A stretch of DNA of 64,000 nucleotides, from the NCBI RefSeq assembly GCF_009914755.1, contig NC_060929.1; one strand, 5' to 3'. Both the position numbers and the translations under genes were made by a program. Source of the stretch: the human T2T-CHM13v2.0 reference genome, Homo sapiens. The notes below the pieces were generated by a model that was not told the DNA's origin, searched no databases, and saw only the letters and a list, made by a program, of their open reading frames with translations. Below, piece after piece: positions 44,861 through 60,358 of this stretch (position 1 is its first letter; every line of letters begins with the position of its first letter).

Positions 44861-47800
44861 TTTTATAGGTGACTTAGGTGGGACTTAGAGAAAATGTTCC
44901 ATGCAAAGTCCCAAACTACCTTGTCAGAGGCAGATATTATCATGTAATCCACACCTCCTGAAATCACTTCGGAAACTTCTTCATAATCCTTTAGTTCAGT
45001 AAAAGAGAAATTCAACTAAGAATAGTTAGACTGTAATGGAAAGGTAAAGATAGATACTGTGGGCCAAATTTAATGTTGTTGATCTTAATGAGATTTTTAT
45101 TGTGTAAGACCGTACCACATCATAATATATGTTCATATTTGGCAATGACGTCTTTTCAAAGCAAAAGCACTTGGATTTTAAAGGCTGCCCACTGATTGAA
45201 TTAAATTTAATAAGAATTATTTAGGAGTAGTCTAATCAACAGATAGTCATTCAATTTTAGTACATTTACCATTATAACTGAATGCAGTATTTGTTAGCAG
45301 CATTTGTAGAAGCAGTATTTTTAATTAAAGAAATGGCATGCAGTCCTGTTATTTAGCATCCACATGGTTCTTCAATTACTTAAGTAAATTCATGATATAG
45401 CAATATGAATGCTATTAAAGTTAAATATATATGATTTATTTGACTTCCTAAGAAGTTAAATTGCTAGAGTTCAGATTTCCTTTCTCAGACTCCAACAAAT
45501 AACCAATTAACTGCCAGGGTTGCTAATTGAGAAAATTACTCCTGAATGACTCCAAGGCCAGATGAACCCCTGTGAGCTGCTGATATGAATCTTCCCTTAG
45601 ACAAAAACTCAGAGCAGTCTTCAAAGCTGAGAACTATGGTGTGGTAACTCACACAAGTGTACAGGGGGAAAAACAACCAAATAAAGTAAATGTTTGAAAT
45701 AAACATCCTCTCCAAATCCTTTACATCAGATTAATCCTCTCTTTTCCGGGTAATCCCAGCCTTGCCGATGCTTCTGTAACAGAATCCCTTTCAGATTAGG
45801 TACTACATTATTTGGTTTACACTTCACATCTTCTCCACAACTGAAATGAAAACTCTGTGAACATCGAATCCAATATCCTGTATTATTTCATAATGAAAAA
45901 GTCTAGGCATAATAGTGAGCACTTACTATGTTGCTAATTCTGGCAATTTATTGTCTTGGTTCCTAACCATTATTGCATAGGCCACATCTCATATGAAGAT
46001 AAAATTTCAATGCAAATGCTTTTGACAGACTTGCCAAAGCTTGATTAATGATTGCTTACTCATAGTATTCAGGTAAAATGTTAAAAAATGCTAGTTTATG
46101 AACTATGTTTATAACAACTATCATTCTTATAATAATGATTCTTATACTCCTTTACTGCCATGGAATTGGAATTTAAACTCTTCTGCTTGCCATGATGTTA
46201 GTTAACATATCATATATAAGTACAAGAAAGCCTGGGAAGTCACATAAGAAAAGCCTAAAAGAAATCTCTTCTGCAAATTATAAGTCAGCCAGCAGGATTC
46301 CCCAGCCAGAAAGCAAGAACGGAAGTATATTTTATATATATCTCAGAACCTGAGAGTCTGTTCTTTTTCTTCTTTTACTCTCTAGTCAAATTCAACATTT
46401 CAAAGCAGTTGGGTATAACAAAGAGAATCCAGAAGAATTGCGTATCCACTTCCCTACCTCTTTCTTCAGCGAGTCCAGTGTGGAGGAGAGTGAAATGAGA
46501 ATTTCTTTATTCGTTTAAAAAAAAAAAAAGTCTTTCAGAGCTCCTAGCAGGTGCAGTTAACTGTGGCTGGTACCTGCTGCTGGTTGATCACTTTCCCTGC
46601 AGCACAAGAGAGGGGGGAGAAGGGGATACCTGATCAGATAGTTTTCCTCTGACTTCTGAAGTATCTGTCCTGGGAAGGCAGAGGTTCAAGGTCACACCAT
46701 TTGAGGCAACCCAGGAAGAGGCTGTCTCAGCAGGTTTCTTGTAAAGTATAGAGATAATATTACCAAAAGACACAAAATCCCCCAGGAGCAAAGTTAACCT
46801 GAAGGAGCAGTTCAAGTATTTTGCTTTGGGTTGGATTTAATGTATGGAAGTGTTCAGGCCACATTTTGAACTGAAGAGTTTTGAAAGGCCCGGTTGCTTC
46901 CCTCCCCCAACACATCTCCTTAGACAATAAACTTAAATTGTCTATGCTATAGTTACCTTTTGTTTGATATGTTACTTCCTAGGAAGTCCATGTTAACATA
47001 CAACTGCAACCCAGATGTTAGATGAGAATCCTCTCCATTCCAGCTCTCCTTAAGCCTGGCTGGGACTGGCTTTAATGCGGCTGGAAGAAAGGTAATAATT
47101 TATTAAAGATTTCTGCTAATACTCAAAGTGTTTGGGGGTCCTTTTGGGCTCATCTGCTCCATGGTGACTGGCTGAACCTCCTCCCCTCTACCTTTGGCTT
47201 TTGTATGACTCTCGACCTTGTAAAGTTTTACTCTCACGCCCATACACAATCCATTCACCAAGCACTTTGGGGGTTCAGCCAACTTTCATGTGAAGATTTG
47301 GGTGACATCATAGAGCACAGAGCCTTCTGTTAGATTCTCTCCAATCCTGTTCTTTCCTCCCACCACCTTCACTTCTTTCTGTCTCTTTCAGAACAAAAAA
47401 AGTGGTTTCTCTTTGCTTAGTCATAGCTATCTTCTGAGCATTCCATGTTTCAGCACGCCCTAGTGGATATATTCCTTTTCTCCAAGCAGGTTATCAAAAT
47501 ATTTCTCCTGAAGTCAGACCTTTCTCTAGCAGGAATTCTGTTCAATATTTTGTTCACCTCTTCAGTTTTGTACCCCAATGTGATAAAGGTAACCATTAAT
47601 ACTGATACACTGGTTGATAAAAATCAGTAAAGAGAGTTTAAGGGAATGGGAATGTGAACTTTCATGAAAGATACAGACAAGTGAAGCCACCAACCCAGAG
47701 CCTCAGAAAGATAGAATAAGATACTGAGAACACTGGTGGGAAGCCAAATCTCACCTGCTTCTCAGATTTACCACTGGATGATCCAAACCATGATTCTTGA

Positions 47801-47999
47801 ACTTTCTACATGACATCATTTCTGCATCCTGGCTTTTTAGAAGAGAAAACTCTAACATGCAATAGCAAGCCAATACATCTAAAATCATCTAAATATGAAA
47901 AGCCAATACATCTGAAGTCATCCTTATCATCCTACATGAAACAATAGGAGAGTTTTTTTTTATTTTTTTTCTAATTTTTTTCCAGTTTTCTAATGAAGA

Positions 48000-48460
48000 T
48001 TAGGGCAAGCTGCAAAGCCATTTACAACCTATCCCCTATTCCAGCTTTGAGCCACAAATGTTATAGTGCTTCATGACCAGCAGCCCTGTGCTAATATTGG
48101 TCCCCCAAACACTGTGCTGCCTCAGGTCTTCCTGCTTTCTCTGGGATGCTGCTCTGCCTGGACTGTCCTTTCCTACTGCCCAGACCCCAAAACTCAAATC
48201 AATTGTCTCCTTTCCTGAAAAGGCTTTTCTGGCCCAACCTCCTTCTGTAATGCTTATGGCTCCTTTAACTACCTACATAAGTTTTTTTCTAGCTTTGCAC
48301 TTTCGAATTATGGTATGGTAATTCTTTGCTCACATGTCTGCTCCTGTGCTACAGGGTGATGTTTTTGAAAGTACAGGTAGCATCTTACTCATCGCCACAT
48401 GCCCAATTCCTAACACAGGTTCATTCACAGAAAGTGTCTGATAAATGTTAACTGAATATA
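48000..48460 (+). mobile_element. L2 3' fragment
   Basis: actcaaatcaattgtctcct..cctgaaaaggctttt, cctaacacag...cacagaaagtgtctgataaatgtt.actgaat. Confidence 0.6.
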
Positions 48461-49722
48461 TTTCTCCCATCTTCATAAACTGTTTAAGGAAGAACAGCAT
48501 TTTCAATCTTTTGCAGCTCCCCACCCACCCAGTTATAATATTTGCAAATCACTTTTAAATTATGATAGTGTTATACAAGATGTATGAGAGTTAAAGCCAC
48601 ACTCCAGGGACACACAGTTGCCCTAATCACAAATGCACACTCCTACAAGGACAGCTACCTTTAATCTGAGAGGCCCTGTTCTAGAGGAAGAACAAGTCAT
48701 GCAGCTTTCCATTCATAGTTTGGTCAACAGCAGAGGTTTTCCTAATTAGCATAAACAATCTCAAAATTACACTTATATAGTGGAAAGGAATGATATTAGG
48801 ACTTGTGGATTGGGTATGTATTTTTGAGATACTCCTTAATTGTGAAAAATAGACTATAAGAATCTAGTGTCTCTCTAACCTATATCCTTAGGAATGGAGA
48901 ATACCCAAACTTTGATTCCAAAATTGTTTGGTGTGCAGCCACTGGTATTGAAAAAAAAATCTGTTTCCTAAAAATTAACTACAAGAGAAATAGATTGCTG
49001 TCTCTAGAATATTATGACTTCTTCATCTGGTGAAACTTTTATAGTGGTGGTCAAATACCTTACAGGACAGAGACTTTGAACATTATCAAGTATATAAAAT
49101 ATTGTTCGGAATATTTTGTCTGCTTGCGTGTAAATGCTTATTGAATAAGTGTTTATATGTAATATAATTTGATCTGACATTTTTCTTCTTTCTAAGCTGG
49201 TAGCCAAGTTGTTGGTAAATAACTAGCCCTTACTCACCTCAAATTTGTCTTCATTGGGAGACTATCAAACTTCTGGGAGACTATCATTATCTGCCAAAAA
49301 TAATATATTTTTATTTCGTTGCACGTGCTTTAGATGCCATATATAAGAAGTCACTGTCTAACCCTAGATTATGAAGATTTATACCTATGTTTTATTCTAA
49401 GAGTTTTAGAGTTTTACCTCTTATATTTAGGTAGTTAATTTCTATGTATGGTGTCCAACTTCATTCTTTTGCATGTGAATATTGAAGTTGTCTCAACACT
49501 AGTTGTTGAAAAGATTTTTTTCAAATATCCTGGCACTTTGTCAAAAATCAGTTAACTATAACAAGTGTGAAGATTCATTTCTGGACTCTCAATTCTATTC
49601 CTCTATCTGTATGTCTGCCCTTGTGCCTATACCACACTGTCTTGATTACTATAGCTTTGTAGTACGTTTTGAAATCAGGAAGTATGAGTCCTCCAACTTT
49701 GTCATTTTCAAGACTGTTTTGG

Positions 49723-50626
49723 TGGAGGAGCCAAGATGGCCAAACAGGGACAGCTCCGGTCTACAGCTCCCAGCGTGAGCGACGCAGAAGACGGGTGATT
49801 TTTGCATTTCCCTCTGAGGTACTGGGTTCATCTCACTAGGGAGTGCCAGACAGTGGGTGCAGGTCAGTGTTGCGTGCACCGTGCGCGAGCCAAAGCAGGG
49901 CGAGGCATTGCCTCACTTGGGAAGCACAAGGGGTCAGGGAGTTCCCTTTCCTAGTCAAAGAAAAGGGTGACAGATGGCACCTGGAAAATCCGGTCACTCC
50001 CACTCGAATACTGAGCTTTTCTGACAGGCTTAAAAAATGCCATACCAGGAGATTATATCCCGCACCTGGCTCGGAGGGTCCTACGCCCACGGAGTCTTGC
50101 TGATTGCTAGCACAGCAGTCTGAGATCAAACTGCAAGGCAGCAGCCAGGCTGGGGGAGGGGTGCCCACCATTGCCCAGGCTTGCTTAGGTAAACAAAGCA
50201 GTGGGGAAGCTCCAACTCGGTGGAGCCCACCACAGCTCAAGGAGGCCTGCCTGCCTCTGTAGGCTCCACCTCTGGGGGCAGGGCACAGACAAACAAAAAG
50301 ACAGCAGTAACCTCTGCAGACTTAAATGTCCCTGTCTGACAGCTTTGAAGAGAGCAGTGGTTCTCCCAGCACGCAGCTGGAGATCTGAGAACCAGCAGAC
50401 TGCCTCCTCAAGTGGGTCCCTGACCCCTGACCCCTGAGCAGCCTAACTGGGAGGCACCCCCCAGCAGGGGCAGACTGACACCTCACACGGCCGGGTGTTC
50501 CAACAGACCTGGAGCTGAGGGTCCTGTCTGTTAGAACGAAAACTAACAAACAGAAAGGACATCCACACCAAAAACCCATCTGTACGTCACCATCATCAAA
50601 GACCAAAAGTAGATAAAACCACAAAG
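49723..50626. promoter_or_regulatory. L1 5' UTR internal sense promoter (YY1 site) and antisense promoter
   Basis: YY1 motif caagatggcc at about 49732-49741; residual CpGs; bidirectional promoter activity is established for L1PA 5' UTRs but not shown for this copy. Confidence 0.75.
49836..50171 (-). CDS. L1 antisense ORF0 homologue, open for 111 aa
   Basis: MVGTPPPAWLLPCSLISDCCASNQQDSVGVGPSEPG... aligns with the primate ORF0 N-terminus (MAGAPPPASLPPCSLISDCCASNQRDSVGVGPSEPG); ATG at 50171. Expression is unknown. Confidence 0.6.
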   Translation of the reverse strand: MVGTPPPAWLLPCSLISDCCASNQQDSVGVGPSEPGAGYNLLVWHFLSLSEKLSIRVGVTGFSRCHLSPFSLTRKGNSLTPCASQVRQCLALLWLAHGARNTDLHPLSGTP

Positions 50627-51640
50627 ATGGGGAAAAAACAGAGCAGAAAAACTGGAAACTCTAAAAGTAAGAGGGCCTCTCCTCCTCCAAAGGAACGCAG
50701 TTCCTCACCAGCAACAGAACAAAGCTGGATGGAGAATGACTTTGACGAGCTGAGAGAAGGCTTCAGATGATCAAATTACTCCGAGCTACTGGAGGAAATT
50801 CAAAGCAAAGTCAAAGAAGTTGAAAACTTTGAAAAAAGTTTAGAAGAATGTATAACTAGAATAACCAATACAGAGAAGTGCTTAAAGGAGCTGATGGAGC
50901 TGAAAACCAAGGCTTGAGAACTATGTGAGAAATGCAGAAGCCTCAGGAGCTGATGCGATCAACTGGAAGAAAGGCTATCAGTGATAGAAGATGAAGTGAA
51001 TGAAATGAAGTGAGAAGGGAAGTTTAGAGAAAAAAGAATAAAAAGAAACAAGCAAAGCCTCCAAGAAATATGGGACTATGTGAAAAGACCAAATCTACGT
51101 CTGATTGGCGTACCTGAAAGTGACGGGGAGAATGGAACCAAGTTGGAAAACACTCTGCAGGATATCATCCAGGAGAACTTCCCCAATCTAGCAAGACAGG
51201 CCAACATTCAGATTCAGGAAATACAGAGAACGCCACAAAGATACTCCTCGAGAAGAGCAACTCCAAGACACATAATTGTCAGATTCACCAAAGTTGAAAT
51301 GAAGGAAAAAATGTTAAGGGCAGCCAGAGAGAAAGGTTGGGTTACCCTCAAAGGGAAGCCCATCAGACTAACAGCAGATCTCTTGGCAGAAACTGTACAA
51401 GCCAGAAGAGAGTGGGGGCCAATATTCAACATTCTTAAAGAAAAGAATTTTCAACCCAGAATTTCATATCCAGCCAAACTAAGCTTCATAAGTGAAGAAG
51501 AAATGAAATACTTTACAGACAAGCAAATGCTGAGAGATTTTGTCACCACCAGGCCTGCCCTAAAACAGCTCCTAAAGGAAGCACTAAACATGGAAAGGAA
51601 CAACCAGTACCAGCCGCTGCAAAATCATGCCAAAATGTAA
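50627..51640 (+). pseudogene. L1 ORF1 (disrupted)
   Basis: ATG GGG AAA AAA CAG at 50627 and TAA ending at 51640; in-frame TGA at 50768, 50915, 50951 and 51011; C-terminal 186 aa open (RRM/CTD). Confidence 0.95.
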
Positions 51641-51703
51641 AGACCATCGAGAAAAGGAAGAAACTGCATCAACTAACGAGCAAAATAACCAGCTAACATC
51701 ATA

Positions 51704-55532
<3,829 letters not shown>

Positions 55533-57424
55533 ACAATGAGAACACACGGACACAGGAAGGGGAACATCACACTCTGGGGACTGTTGCGGGGTTGGGGGAG
55601 GGGGGAGGGATAGCATTGGGAGATATACCTAATGCTAGATGACGAGTTAGTGGGTGCAGCGCACCAGAATGGCACATGTATACATATGTAACTAACCTTC
55701 ACATTGTGCACATGTGCCCTAAAACTTAAAGAATAATAGTAATAATAAATTTTCAAAAAAAGATTGTTTTGGCTATCCTGGGTCCTTTGAATTTCTATGT
55801 GAATTTTAGGTTCAGCATGTCAATTTCTGAATAAAGGCCAAACTGGGATTTTGGTAAGGATGGCACTGAGGCTGTAGATAAATCAATTCAAGGAGTATTG
55901 ACATGTTAACATTAAGTCTTCCAACCCATGAATGAAAGTCTTCCAACCCATATTTTTCCATTTGTTTAGTTGTTCTTTAATTTCTTTCAACAATTTTTTT
56001 TTGTATTTCAGAGTATAAGTTTTACATTTCTTGTGTTAAATTTACTTCTGTGTATTTAATTCTTTTTGATGCTATTTGCAAATTGAACATTGTTAATTTT
56101 GAGTTATTCATTGCTAGTGTCTAGAAATACAATTGTTATTTGTATATTGATCTTGTACTCTGCGAATGTACTGAGCTTTTTTATTGGTTCTAATAATTTT
56201 TAGTAGTTTCCTTAGGATTTTTTATATGTAAATTCATGTCATCTGCAAATAGATATAGTTTATTTTTTCAAATACGGATGACTTTAATTTCATTTTCTTG
56301 CCTAATTGGTTTGGTGAGAACCTCTAGTGCATCTTGCTCTTTTCTTGACATTTTAAATCCTGTATCAGTGGTCAGTCTATCCCCCCTTCAATCTACCTGC
56401 TTTGGATACTCTTAGCCAGATTGACACTTGGGAATTATGAAAACAACTGACTTAAAAGTTGGGGAATCAGCTACTGGGCAATAGTGTTAGAGGATATTGT
56501 TCTATGCCTGTGTTGTCCTTCTCAGACTCACTGGATTTTTAATCTTCTCATCTATAGAATTGGAGGATCCAGCTAGATAGTCTCTAATGTGGCAAATGAG
56601 TGGATGACCTCAGTCTAGCTTGGTAGGGAGCCCTGTAGTGTGCTCACAAGGGCAGCTAGAGAAGGCTGTAGGAAGAGAATGTTCTAGGGCTTCTACTTGT
56701 TGAGGATACTGGTATGGCCTCTACTGTGTTCATTCTGTGGTGCTCAGCACACTTAACATATTTAATAGTTGTTAATATTCATAACAACTCTCCTATAAAT
56801 GACACCTGGAGGAGGATGAAGATCAGGGAAATTAGGATGTCGCCCCAAGAATGCACTGATTTTAATCAATTATTTAGGGAGTAACTTCATCTCATATACC
56901 TCTTATGCTTACATAAAACAAAAAAATCTTTGACTCGTTGGACTCACTTGAAAACTTCTGTTGTGATTTGTTCAAGCCAAGTAACTTTTGATTAATGAGA
57001 AGGCTGGGTTACCTAGGACCTTTTTAGGTTAAGCCTTAGGCTGTGATTGGCATTTTATTTCTTGCAGTTTTTGCTCATCTGCATATGTAGAAGGGACTGT
57101 GGGAGTTTGTGCAGGGAATACAGCAATGTGGTCTATGTAATTACTATGAGTACTACTTAGTGACTTGGTGGCAACCGACGAAGTAATCCGGAAGTTCTGA
57201 ATTTTCATTTCCTTTTAAAATCATATCGTTGATTTCATCTGGATCCCGTTTCAATTTATCCTATTTGTTAAGCTTCTATCCCATGGTTCAAATACGTGTT
57301 TCAATGACCTTAAAAAATTTGATCAATCGTAACTTTTAGATTATTTTTGGCATATAATGGTAACTTCTCAGAAGGCTGAGGTGTGTGAAAGTTAGCTATT
57401 TCCCAATAACTTTACTATCAGGTT

Positions 57425-57838
57425 GTAAAAAAATTATAGGACTAAATCTTCTAATCTTGGGTGAGTTAAGCCTTCTTAGATATAAAACCAAAAGCACAAG
57501 CAAAAACAAGGAAAAAGATAAATAATGCTTCATCAAATTAGAAATGTTTGTGCTTCAGAAGATACCATTAAGAAAGTAAAAAGACAGAATAGGAGAAAAT
57601 GTTTGGAAATCATGTATCTGACAGGGGACTTGTATCTAGAATATACAAAGACCCCTCACAACTCAATAATAAAAAGACAAATAATCTAGATTTTTTTAAT
57701 GCAGCAATGATCTGAACAGACATTTCTCCAAAGAAAATATATGAATGGCCAATAAGCATATGAAAAGATGCTGACATCATTAGCCATCAGGGAACTGCAA
57801 AGCAATATGCAATGAAATACCACTTCACACCCACTAGG
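57425..57838 (+). mobile_element. Old L1M (L1MB-like) ORF2 3' fragment
   Basis: ttcttagatat.aaaccaaaagcacaagc, ggacttgtatctagaatatacaaag, ctgaacagacatttctccaaagaa, gaaataccacttcacacccactagga. Confidence 0.85.
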
Positions 57839-59624
57839 AGCCAGTAACAGGGTTGAGAAAATTATTTAGAAGGAATTACACCTGATAGAGGTAGCTTCTT
57901 TATCCAAAGTGAAGCATTGAGAATTCTCTGGCCATTGTTTCTTAGAATATTACATGTTTTAAAGTCCTTAGATGCAACAGAAATTTTTCTACTTGAGCGT
58001 TTTTGAAAACATTCTTAAATCAACAAGTGTTACATTATGTGTAAAGGGATTTTAAAATTATATAAATGTTCACTGTCAATCACATTTCTTCCTAATAATG
58101 AAAGTAAAATATACAGTGCTAACTGATCACCCCTTTACTTTGGATGGATTTCCCCTCTCTGATAGCCGTCGATGCAGCCGCTGCTTGTTATCTCAGTGTG
58201 ATACTTGCTGTCACTTTACGGCCTTGTTGACATAGCTGGTCCCTCTCAGAACTTGGTTTGCAGTCAGGATAAACTGACAGTAGGTGCATCGGTGGATCTT
58301 TAATTGTCACATCCTGAAGGTCTAACATCTAGGTTTCCTGTCATATTATCTAAAGGCAGGGAATATGTTGTATTTTCTTCTAAATTATAACTGATTTTCT
58401 ATAAAATGTAAAGATCCATATGAACATGATTTAAATAAATATAAACTCATGGGATATTTAGGATGGCTTTCTGCTAATTTTCAACTACAAATATTTACTG
58501 CAAAGTATACTCCCAAATTTCAAAACCAGAACTGAACTACATGTGACATTCTACATACCTAAACTATTATGCTTTTCATTATGTATCCTTTACTGGATAA
58601 TACCCATGGTTCATTTATGACTTGACCTCTGACAATTCAGACTTACAAGATAGTTTGTATCAAAAGTTGGTACACTTTTTCATTCTGACAACGGCTGTAA
58701 TTATGCAATGGCTTTATTAAGATGTTAGCTGTTAACATACACACAGATAGCCTTTTATATTTGGCCTTTCTTGCTTTCCTACTATATTTATTTTATTCAC
58801 CTTGCACCTAGATTTTCCCTCATCTCATCATTTAAAAGCAATACATAAGCCATGCCTCACCTGTATTTTTTCTAGAACATATTTTCCTAACTATTGTTTT
58901 CTTGCTAATAATTTCCTCATACCTTGTTTCTAAATTTTTAAAAATTATTTTCACCTTGATCTGCAAGGTCTTTCATCCCCACATCACTCCTATTGGTCTG
59001 TGCCTTACATCTATTTATAATTGAGCCTTTTTCGCTATATAGTAACTCTTAACATTAGACTTAATCACTTTTATGTTGAGGCTAAATATTACAAATAAAT
59101 GTAAGCTTTACTAAAATATACATTTTGAAAATACATTTAGCCTAAATATGATAAAGTTTTAAGAAAAACTACAAGCTATAGGAGACCATGTTCTTAGCTA
59201 AGGGAATACTATACTTTCAAATACAGAAGCAAGGAATAAATCTAATTGTCTTGGGATGAGAGAGAATTACACAGAGGTCATAAGTGCCCAATAAAGACCA
59301 ACTAGAAACCATTCAAGTTCTGACTTTTAAAAATAGCATAAGTAAATAATACCATAAACAACAAAAGACAACAACAAAATATTTGGAACATATAACAGAA
59401 ATAAAGTTATTATCCTTGATATATAAAGAATTCTTATAAAACCAAAAGGAAAATGTCTATTAAAAATAGAAAAGGATACTGATGAGCTAAAATACATATA
59501 ATTGGTTAATAGTCACATAAAAAGGGTTTAGCCTTACTAATTATCAAATACAAGTTAAAATGATAGATTTTTATTCTCAGACTGGGAAAGGTAAGAAAAA
59601 TTGAAAATCAGAATGTTGATTTTT

Positions 59625-60258
59625 TTTTTCAGTTATCAATGCATAACAAATTACCCCGAAATTTGACAACCTAAAATAACAACTGTATTCTGCTAACAGA
59701 TTATATGGGTCAAGAATTCTGAAAAAGCACAGGGAAATAGCATGTTTCTGCTCCACAATTTCTGGAGCTTCCTGCAAGACTCCAAAGATGGAGGTGACTC
59801 AGCAACTGGGGCAGGTATCACCTGGAGGTGTCACCACTCACAGGAGTGGTGGTTGCCACCGCTGGCTGGGAGCTCATCCCAAACACCCTCCTGTATCCTT
59901 TCCATGTGGCCTGGCATGGAGGCCTCCCCCTTTTCACATGGTGGTCTGGGCCTCCAAAACTATCCTTTTCTTATTTTTCATAGATTTTTTTCCTTTTGGT
60001 TTTGTAAGACTTCTTTATGTATCAAGGATAGCAAAGTTTTATTTTCTGTTATATGTTCTAATGAAAGTAGATGGAAATTGCATCACCTTTTATAGCCTAA
60101 CCTTGGGAGTCACGTAACATAAAGTCTGCTGAAGTCGCAAATCTGCCCAGACTCAAGGAGAGGGAACAGACTCTGTCTCTGGATGGGAGGAATGCTAGAG
60201 TCACATTGTATGAAGACCATGGGGGATGGGAAATATTTCTGTGGCCATACTTAGAAGA
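59625..60258 (-). mobile_element. MLT1F-like LTR
   Basis: gcataacaaattacccc.aaattt, gggtcaagaatt, tttctgctccac, tccatgtggcctggc, cccagactcaaggagagggaa. Confidence 0.75.
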
Positions 60259-60358
60259 TTAACTTGGAGGAAGATTCCTGGTAGCCTCAATTCACTTCCT
60301 GAATGTTCTACATCATCCAGAATTCCCTGATGGAGCCTGGCGGAATATTTGGAATGGC

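Noticed and set aside
55914-55951. 16-bp direct repeat aagtcttccaacccat (and similar short duplications at 346-362 and 3651-3669)
   Set aside because: These are ordinary slippage or repair micro-duplications with no further structure.
58130-58315. Coding exon on the minus strand
   Set aside because: The frame after ccttcag| gives 41 unrecognisable residues and then a stop; the acceptor is weak and there is no good donor. A regulatory reading fits better.
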